From: a virus
Taxonomy: Duplodnaviria; Caudoviricetes
IMG/VR virus record: IMGVR_UViG_3300025534_000013
Location: 1-48,929 of that record
Direction: 5' to 3' (one strand)
DNA length: 48,929 nucleotides
Every line of letters starts with the position of its first letter. Position 1 is the stretch's first letter. Shown piece by piece: positions 1 to 5,909 of this stretch. The notes beneath the pieces are model-generated. The model saw only the letters and a program-made list of their open reading frames with translations. It was not told the DNA's origin and searched no databases. The translations under genes and the position numbers were made by a program.

Positions 1-144
1 CAGGTTCTTACGTATGATCCGAAGAAGTACGCAGAGCTTTCTCAAAAGCTGAACAGAAAGGCAAACAAACTTTCTGAGTTGATTGATGAAGTAAACATCC
101 TGACGTACATCGACTTTCCGAGATACCACATCTACATGGATTAA
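1..144 (+). CDS. 3' end of a hypothetical coiled-coil protein (partial)
   Basis: Frame 1 is open from the window edge: QVLTYDPKKYAELSQKLNRKANKLSELIDEVNILTYIDFPRYHIYMD, TAA at 142-144. Confidence 0.7.
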   Translation, partial: QVLTYDPKKYAELSQKLNRKANKLSELIDEVNILTYIDFPRYHIYMD

Positions 145-212
145 ACCAGAGGATTCCTCTGGCCCGGAGGTCGTTAATTCCGCTAATGGTTTCCGGGCTG
201 GAGGAATCCAGC

Positions 213-417
213 AGGGGATAAGTATTGTGAGCGCCCCGTTCGTCTCGGGTATAGACGACCTTCGCTGTAGGTTATCAGCGGCATTCACAAAACTATGTTT
301 ATTACATAGGCGTCGAACGGATAACGGTTGACGAGTGACGAGGTAACGTGTTACAGGTTACGGACGCTTATTAGATAATTATGTTTTTGGTTTAATTAAT
401 GCTCCGTCTTATCCCCT
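213..417 (+). ncRNA. candidate structured ncRNA with internal 7-nt ACG repeats
   Basis: 10-bp terminal inverted repeat AGGGGATAAG (213-222)/CTTATCCCCT (408-417); internal hairpins 241-257, 263-280, 293-309; periodic ACG units 317-366; no ORF in the track. Confidence 0.5.
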
Positions 418-424
418 TCATTAT

Positions 425-517
425 GGAGGGATACCCAAGCGGCTGAAGGGGGCGGCCTTGAAAACCGCAAGGAGGCTTGAATGTCTCGCGGGGGTTCGAA
501 TCCCCCTCCCTCCACCA
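425..517 (+). tRNA. tRNA-Ser(TGA)
   Basis: Acceptor stem GGAGGGA/TCCCTCC, anticodon loop CT-TGA-AA, long variable arm, GGTTCGAATCC T-arm, encoded CCA. Confidence 0.95.
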
Positions 518-530
518 TAATCAAAAAATA

Positions 531-761
531 ATCCCGAGGGTGGGCTATTCCTTAACAAGCAACTGTGCGATTATGCTTCATGTTAAAAGGGTTGGAAATC
601 GCAACTTCATTCACGAGAGTACAATCAGCCGGAGCCTATAGCACAGTTGAGTCGCGACCTTGTTGAGTGCTGGTCAGTTGGCAACTGGAATAGCAGGGAA
701 GCCTTAGCCAAGGCAAGGGTTCGGCGACAAATTAAATCCAGAGCGCCGAATGTGTAGGGAT
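531..761 (+). ncRNA. candidate multi-helix ncRNA between the two tRNAs
   Basis: Nested complementary segments 531-535/757-761, 544-551/687-694, 552-559/659-666, 560-568/641-649, plus hairpins 701-714 and 720-750. Confidence 0.5.
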
Positions 762-770
762 GACATACAT

Positions 771-847
771 CTGGACATAGCTCAGTTTGGCAGAGCGCTC
801 GCTTTGGGAGCGAGGGGTCGTCGGTTCGAGTCCGGCTGTCCAGACCA
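771..847 (+). tRNA. tRNA-Pro(TGG)
   Basis: Acceptor CTGGACA/TGTCCAG, anticodon arm CTCGC-TT-TGG-GA-GCGAG, GGTTCGAGTCC, discriminator A, encoded CCA. Confidence 0.96.
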
Positions 848-889
848 TTCAAACTATTTGAAAGCAAAAACGAAAGGAGACGTGATTTA

Positions 890-1201
890 ATGTCCAGTCA
901 TGTGCTCTCACTGTTTCGACGCAAAAAGAAAAAAGTTAATTTGTCAAATGAAGAAAAAGTTTCTCTCTTGAGCGAAAAGGCTGTTGGATTGTTTGAGCAT
1001 ATGCGCAAAGCATATACCGAGCTTGGTCAGATTAATGAAGAATTGCTTCAAGTTATCGACGATGAAAAAGCTTTGATTGAACAAGAGCACGAACGCCATC
1101 AACGTGTAATGGAAAAGCTTCAAAGAAATATCAGTAAAGCCCACGAGGAAATTCAAATGAATACGGCTGTACAAAATGAACTGTCGAGGTTTATTCGATG
1201 A
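890..1201 (+). CDS. hypothetical coiled-coil protein
   Basis: 103-aa ORF, AAGGAG RBS, heptad-rich sequence. Confidence 0.8.
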   Translation: MSSHVLSLFRRKKKKVNLSNEEKVSLLSEKAVGLFEHMRKAYTELGQINEELLQVIDDEKALIEQEHERHQRVMEKLQRNISKAHEEIQMNTAVQNELSRFIR

Positions 1202-1467
1202 GCGAATCACAGTCAATAATGCTGACAAGCGGCGTTTTGATTGTGCGAAAAATTAATCGTAAAACAACAGCTAAAATGTTCAGGAACCTTAAAATTGGCG
1301 ATAGAATTGAATTGTCAACTTCTGTGTCAAGAGTAGGTTCATATGCCAATGGCAGAGCACGTCCTGCATACATCACAGCAATAAATCTTGCAACAAACGA
1401 AATCAACACAAGTACATTCAATCAATTGTCCAATATTCTTAATGCATTTGAATTTGAAGTAGAGTAA
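1198..1467 (+). CDS. hypothetical protein
   Basis: ATGA overlap with the upstream stop, 89 aa. Confidence 0.75.
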   Translation: MSESQSIMLTSGVLIVRKINRKTTAKMFRNLKIGDRIELSTSVSRVGSYANGRARPAYITAINLATNEINTSTFNQLSNILNAFEFEVE

Positions 1468-1480
1468 AAGGAGCGAACAG

Positions 1481-1914
1481 ATGATGCAAATGTACACTCG
1501 AATTGACAGCGAACGTGATGGATATCCTGCATTCGAGTGCGATCAAGAAGCGCTTTGAAGTCTTTGCAAATGAGCCTTTGTTTACGACGAACGCAGAAGG
1601 GTTGTTTGATGCTTTTCTCGCCGGACTCCCCGAGTATGCGCGTCAACATTACAATTGCAATTGTTACAAAAACTTCGTGACGCGCTATGGTGGACTGGTG
1701 CATAGGTCGTGGATTCTTCGTTGAAACGCTGAAGTCCGAACTGCGAGAAATTCGTAAGACGCTTGAAGCATATACCGCGTCCACTCCGATTGAAGGTGTC
1801 GATGAGGCGTCAGCCTGCGGCGTAGGGTACTCGAAGGACAACGATTGGAACCTGACTGTAAAAGTTAAGACAAACGGTACGACCCGACTTATCAAAATTG
1901 ATCGGTTCGACTGA
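1481..1914 (+). pseudogene. fragmented remnant of a conserved phage protein (three frames, probable internal deletion)
   Basis: RBS and ATG at 1481 (MMQMYTRIDSERDGYPAFE) continue in another frame (AIKKRF..EPLFTTNAEGLF..RQHYNCNC..RYGGLV) and a third (ETLKSELREIRKTLEAY..EASACG..IDRFD*). Confidence 0.6.
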
Positions 1915-1928
1915 TGGAGGGTGAAAGT

Positions 1929-2252
1929 TTGAATACTATTGTTATCAACGGGAAAGGGATTATTGTTGCAGGCAAAAGTATCTCCGTTTCTGGAGATAAA
2001 GTTTATGTTGACGGAAAGCTTGTCGAAACAGGGCCGATTGAAGATGTAACAATCTCATTTGAAGGCAATCTAATAGCTTCCATCAAGACAAATGGCAACG
2101 TAACTGTCTATGGAAATGTATTAGGAGATGTTGATGCCGGAGGAAATGTAAATTGTGGTGATGTTCATGGTTTTGTTGATGCTGGTGGATCAGTAAGTTG
2201 TCACAATGTTGGCGGGGATATTGATGCTGGCGGAAGCGTTCATTTAAAATAA
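1929..2252 (+). CDS. hypothetical beta-helix/repeat protein (GDVDAGGSV repeats)
   Basis: GGAGG RBS before TTG 1929; three G(D/F)(V/I)DAGG repeats. Confidence 0.8.
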   Translation: MNTIVINGKGIIVAGKSISVSGDKVYVDGKLVETGPIEDVTISFEGNLIASIKTNGNVTVYGNVLGDVDAGGNVNCGDVHGFVDAGGSVSCHNVGGDIDAGGSVHLK

Positions 2253-2262
2253 CAAATCTACA

Positions 2263-2289
2263 TTCCCCTGTGGGATTTCCACAGGGGAA
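2263..2289 (+). terminator. hairpin, probable terminator
   Basis: TTCCCCTGTGG/CCACAGGGGAA 11-bp stem after a stop codon; no + strand U-tract. Confidence 0.55.
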
Positions 2290-2361
2290 ACATGTAATAG
2301 CAAAATTATCTTTGTATAAAGATAATCTCAAATAAGAGTTTCAAAGAGTTGAGGTGTAAAG

Positions 2362-2550
2362 GTGGAACAGAACGTTGTAGTGTTGACAATTGAAGAATGG
2401 GAAAAAGTTAAGATGTGGTTGAGAGAAAAACAGAGCTATCATCATTCTATGGCTGATAAACTTAGTTGTCTCGATTTAAATGATCAAGATATTGTAAAAC
2501 ATCGTAATACAGCTAATCAAATTCAAGAATTTCTCATGCTAAGGAGATGA
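2362..2550 (+). CDS. hypothetical protein
   Basis: GAGGTG RBS, GTG start, 62 aa. Confidence 0.7.
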   Translation: MEQNVVVLTIEEWEKVKMWLREKQSYHHSMADKLSCLDLNDQDIVKHRNTANQIQEFLMLRR

Positions 2551-2556
2551 TTAAAT

Positions 2557-3048
2557 ATGCAAAAAAAATTTCTTTATCCTATGAATGTGGTCGCTAAAGA
2601 CGTAATTTCTGGTTTCGAGGGTGTAATTATTGCTAGAAGCGCACACCTGTTCGGTTGTGCCCAATATGGACTAGCGCCGAGAGAGCTTGCAAGCGATGGC
2701 TCGACGAAAAATACAGAGTATTTTGATGAAGCTCGCATTGAGATTATCGACGATTCTAATGCTGTTTACGGTAATGACAATTATGAAAATATTTTTGCGA
2801 TTAGTTTAGGTTCAGAGGTTCAGGATAAGGTGACTAACTTTACTGGCAAAGCGGTGGTCGCAATTGAATACCTCCATAATTGCAATCAATATTATATCCA
2901 ACCTTCAGTTGATAAGGAAGGAAAGCCTAGAGATGGAATTTGGTGTGACGAAGGAAGGCTGGTTGTCGTTGGGAAGGGCGTGTCGCCTGAAGAAGTCTCT
3001 GTATCAAAGCGTGGATCGGTCTTTTCACGAGATTTGCCGAGGCGGTGA
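2557..3048 (+). CDS. hypothetical protein with two tandem homologous domains
   Basis: Repeated pattern xKD..(S/T).F.G.....(H/Y)L..C.QY...P......G......DE.R(I/L). Confidence 0.85.
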   Translation: MQKKFLYPMNVVAKDVISGFEGVIIARSAHLFGCAQYGLAPRELASDGSTKNTEYFDEARIEIIDDSNAVYGNDNYENIFAISLGSEVQDKVTNFTGKAVVAIEYLHNCNQYYIQPSVDKEGKPRDGIWCDEGRLVVVGKGVSPEEVSVSKRGSVFSRDLPRR

Positions 3049-3073
3049 GGCTGAAGCATTACATGCCATCTAA

Positions 3074-3091
3074 ATAAAACGAATCTTCAAT
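3074..3091. repeat. 6-6-6 boundary site ATAAAA-CGAATC-TTCAAT
   Basis: Related sites at 3310, 24801, 25051, 36884. Confidence 0.55.
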
Positions 3092-3110
3092 TTAGAATTG
3101 AAGGTAATGT

Positions 3111-3344
3111 GTGGATAGCGAAGAAAAAGTTGCAAGACTTGAATGTTTGATTGATCCTAATGATTTTCTGAAAGTTTCTAAATATGACGAAGGAACTTTG
3201 GACATTGCTATCTTCACTCGTGGGGAAGAGACCAGTTTTGTAGAGTTGAGCGAAGAAAATGCTAGGAAATTGAAGGATTTTCTAAACAAGCATTATCCGC
3301 AAACTCTCAATAAAACATGCATTTTATTTAGGATGAAAGAATGA
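3111..3344 (+). CDS. hypothetical protein
   Basis: 77-aa ORF, GAAGGT RBS; 3' end runs through the 3310 repeat site. Confidence 0.7.
   Translation: MDSEEKVARLECLIDPNDFLKVSKYDEGTLDIAIFTRGEETSFVELSEENARKLKDFLNKHYPQTLNKTCILFRMKE
3310..3327. repeat. 6-6-6 boundary site ATAAAA-CATGCA-TTTTAT
   Basis: Perfect inverted 6-bp arms around a 6-bp spacer. Confidence 0.55.
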
Positions 3345-3392
3345 AAAACATGGACTGCGGAAGTTATGTAGAGAAAGAGGTAGATCGTTTCA

Positions 3393-3542
3393 ATGGATAA
3401 GAAGGCAGAAAAAGAGATTACAGCGAAGCTGATCGAATTAAATGAATTGCTTCTCGATCAACTCCCCGACAACCCAAAGAATAAAATAGCAATCAATAAT
3501 ATCAACCAGATAGTTGCATATCTGATTGCTACCAATCGTTGA
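3393..3542 (+). CDS. small hypothetical protein (49 aa)
   Basis: MDKKAEKEITAKLIELNELLLDQLPDNPKNKIAINNINQIVAYLIATNR*, GAGGT upstream; below the ORF-track cutoff. Confidence 0.6.
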   Translation: MDKKAEKEITAKLIELNELLLDQLPDNPKNKIAINNINQIVAYLIATNR

Positions 3543-3551
3543 GGTGATTTT

Positions 3552-3821
3552 ATGACAAGAACGAGAAAAGATGCGATGGTTGCATGTTTCCATGACGCAA
3601 TCAATAAAAACTCTCAATTTGTGGCTATCCTCATTCGGATGGAGGGCTATCCGAGAGATGAAGTTATCATTAATCACATTGAGAATGCGAAAGCAAAGTT
3701 GGGGTACTATTTGACGGTGTACGACGAAGATTTGAGGATGCATAGAAATCAGAGTATCCAAATTGTTGGGTTTACACACGCCAACAGCTTTGATGAAATT
3801 CAAGCTGATCTAATTGACTGA
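3552..3821 (+). CDS. hypothetical phage protein
   Basis: GAGGTG RBS, 89 aa. Confidence 0.8.
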   Translation: MTRTRKDAMVACFHDAINKNSQFVAILIRMEGYPRDEVIINHIENAKAKLGYYLTVYDEDLRMHRNQSIQIVGFTHANSFDEIQADLID

Positions 3822-3834
3822 CAGGAGGATAACA

Positions 3835-4128
3835 ATGACATTGATTGTGAAAATTGCGAATTTCATTTTGAGAGCATATGTGTTCATGAAGATTTGGAAC
3901 TGGTTTCCGGCAACGCTCTTTGGCGTTGCTTCGCTTAATCTTGCAGGGTCTATAGGTTTGTTGATGCTTCTTCTCTTCGCAAAACAAATGGATTTTCCAA
4001 CTAAGTATGAAGTACAAGAAAAACATAAGCATATGGATGAAAGTGAACGTGTTTCATGGAAATTCTATCCCACTATCGCCTACTTACTCATTCTTTTGAT
4101 CGGCTGGATTGCAAAGCTATGCATGTAA
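3835..4128 (+). CDS. hypothetical membrane protein
   Basis: GGAGG RBS before ATG 3835; three hydrophobic segments. Confidence 0.8.
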   Translation: MTLIVKIANFILRAYVFMKIWNWFPATLFGVASLNLAGSIGLLMLLLFAKQMDFPTKYEVQEKHKHMDESERVSWKFYPTIAYLLILLIGWIAKLCM

Positions 4129-4152
4129 TGCCAAAGAAAGGGGGTTGATATA

Positions 4153-4803
4153 ATGAATAAATCAGATTTATTTATTATTGACAGATTAAATTCTGCAAAA
4201 AATGAAGTAAAAAATTTTTTTCCTGAAGATTTACAGGAGGAATTTGAACGAGAAGCTTATATTGCTGGAGGGTGTATCTACAGTATTTACAATGAACAAG
4301 AGCCAAAAGATTACGATTTCTTTTTAAGAAGTTCAGAATTTGCAAATAGACTGAAAGACTATTTCCTCAGCTTATATCCACATCCGACTCATGACCTTCG
4401 CGCAGAAATTGATGAAGGCAAACTGAAGACCTTTTATCACAAAGGTTTCAGGATTGTTGTAACAAGAAATGCAATCTCAATTGGAAAATATCAAATCATC
4501 ACCAAATTTACTGGCAAGCCTGAAGATATTGTAAGAGAATTTGATTTTAAACACAATATGTTTTGGTTTGAGAAAGGAGAAATTAAAACCCTAAGCAAAT
4601 GGGATTATTTGAATACCAATCAACTTTACTTTAACGACGGTAGACCAAGAGACATTTCCGGCACACTTATCAGAGTTCATAAGTTCGTCGAACGCGGCAT
4701 GAAGATTACAAATACTGAGATGGCAAAAATTCTTCGCAAGCTTCGTGAGGTAGGTTTCACAGAACGAGAGAACGAGATCATCGACAATGAAGCCTCGTAC
4801 TGA
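4153..4803 (+). CDS. nucleotidyltransferase (Pol-beta superfamily, CCA/poly(A) polymerase-like head)
   Basis: YIAGG...PKDYDFF (GG..DxD) motif, FDF motif, C-terminal RxxKFxxRG. Confidence 0.75.
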   Translation: MNKSDLFIIDRLNSAKNEVKNFFPEDLQEEFEREAYIAGGCIYSIYNEQEPKDYDFFLRSSEFANRLKDYFLSLYPHPTHDLRAEIDEGKLKTFYHKGFRIVVTRNAISIGKYQIITKFTGKPEDIVREFDFKHNMFWFEKGEIKTLSKWDYLNTNQLYFNDGRPRDISGTLIRVHKFVERGMKITNTEMAKILRKLREVGFTERENEIIDNEASY

Positions 4804-4826
4804 TGAATGTTGAAGGGAGCTTTTGT

Positions 4827-5108
4827 ATGTTGTTTTTTGTCGATTGGGCTGGACAAGAAGAAAGAATGCGCATCCATAAATTTAACCTGTTGGGCGGAGA
4901 GCATAAGATTCAATATTACAAAGGGAAAGAATTAAAAGAATTTATCGATGTGTTGCTTTTGACCATTATGAAAGAGCGTCCAGATCAAATTATTTTTGAT
5001 AGAACTGGATGCGGACAACCTTTGTTTGATAGCTTTGTGTCATGTGTCAATAGTAGGAAGAGTGTAAAAATGTTGAGTAATGGAATGCTTTATTATGAAA
5101 CGGAATAG
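4827..5108 (+). CDS. hypothetical protein
   Basis: ORF 4803-5108; GGGAG RBS favours ATG 4827. Confidence 0.7.
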   Translation: MLFFVDWAGQEERMRIHKFNLLGGEHKIQYYKGKELKEFIDVLLLTIMKERPDQIIFDRTGCGQPLFDSFVSCVNSRKSVKMLSNGMLYYETE

Positions 5109-5120
5109 GAGTTAGAGAGA

Positions 5121-5615
5121 ATGGAAAAAGCAAAATACAAAGTAGGAGAAAGAGTAATAGTTCGAGGAGATTTAATTGGGGACAATCGTTACGGCGGTGT
5201 ATTTTTTATCCGAGATATGGAAAAATATCGCGGGAGATATGTGCGAATCAAGGAAGTTAATACAAGCGAGAAATATGGATATTTGTATAAAATTCATGAA
5301 GATAGAGGCCGCTGGTGCTGGCATGAGGATATGTTTGAAGAAAAACAGAAAATGAGATATTTAAACATTGATATGATTGCACAAATGCAGATTCAAGTCG
5401 AAAAAGTGTTGTACAACGATCCCGTAACGGTTTTGTTTTATCGTTTTGGACACTATGACAAAGACAGTGGTAAAATTATCTTTGGAAAGCAGCAGAAAGT
5501 TGTTGCTAAGTGTAATAAGGCTGCCGGAGACGTATTTGATGAAAGAGAAGGTTTAAAAGTTGCAATTCTTAAAGCATTTCGCAAAGAGATTGACAAACAG
5601 TTGCGTAAATGCTGA
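5121..5615 (+). CDS. two-domain hypothetical phage protein
   Basis: N-terminal domain similar to ORF 24550-24804; C-terminal KVLYNDPVTV..VAKC..GDVFD domain. Confidence 0.8.
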   Translation: MEKAKYKVGERVIVRGDLIGDNRYGGVFFIRDMEKYRGRYVRIKEVNTSEKYGYLYKIHEDRGRWCWHEDMFEEKQKMRYLNIDMIAQMQIQVEKVLYNDPVTVLFYRFGHYDKDSGKIIFGKQQKVVAKCNKAAGDVFDEREGLKVAILKAFRKEIDKQLRKC

Positions 5616-5622
5616 AGTTGAC

Positions 5623-5650
5623 GGGGATGTGGTCAATTGACTGTGTCCCC
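5623..5650 (+). terminator. hairpin (terminator or stabiliser)
   Basis: GGGGATGTGGTC/GACTGTGTCCCC stem after a stop codon. Confidence 0.45.
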
Positions 5651-5672
5651 AATTTAATTAAGGGGTGATAAA

Positions 5673-5837
5673 ATGATTAAGTACTTCGTAGAAGAAGGAA
5701 GCGGCAGCTACAATCTATTTCTGGAAGATCAGGAGGAAGGTGTCAAGAAGAGACTTATTGCTGTTATCTTTGATCAGACTCATGCAAAAATAATAACCCG
5801 ACAGATGAATGAGTATGTTAATGAGAGGAGCTATTAA
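5673..5837 (+). CDS. small hypothetical protein (54 aa)
   Basis: AGGGGTG RBS; MIKYFVEEGSGSYNLFLEDQEEGVKKRLIAVIFD... Confidence 0.65.
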   Translation: MIKYFVEEGSGSYNLFLEDQEEGVKKRLIAVIFDQTHAKIITRQMNEYVNERSY

Positions 5838-5839
5838 AA

Positions 5840-5881
5840 GCCAACGAAAGTATTGACGGGTAAGAGTTTATTATTTATAAT
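5840..5881 (+). promoter_or_regulatory. sigma-A-type promoter with upstream GCCAACGAAAG box
   Basis: TTGACG (5853-5858), 17 bp, TATAAT (5876-5881); box at 5840-5850. Confidence 0.75.
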
Positions 5882-5909
5882 TGTTGTATGAAATAAAAAT
5901 TTGGAGTGA

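Noticed and set aside
315-370. CRISPR-like mini-array
   Set aside because: Units are 7 nt and degenerate with no spacers; no cas genes in the window
625-867. 80-aa minus-strand ORF
   Set aside because: Overlaps tRNA-Pro and the structured RNA candidate; composition not protein-like
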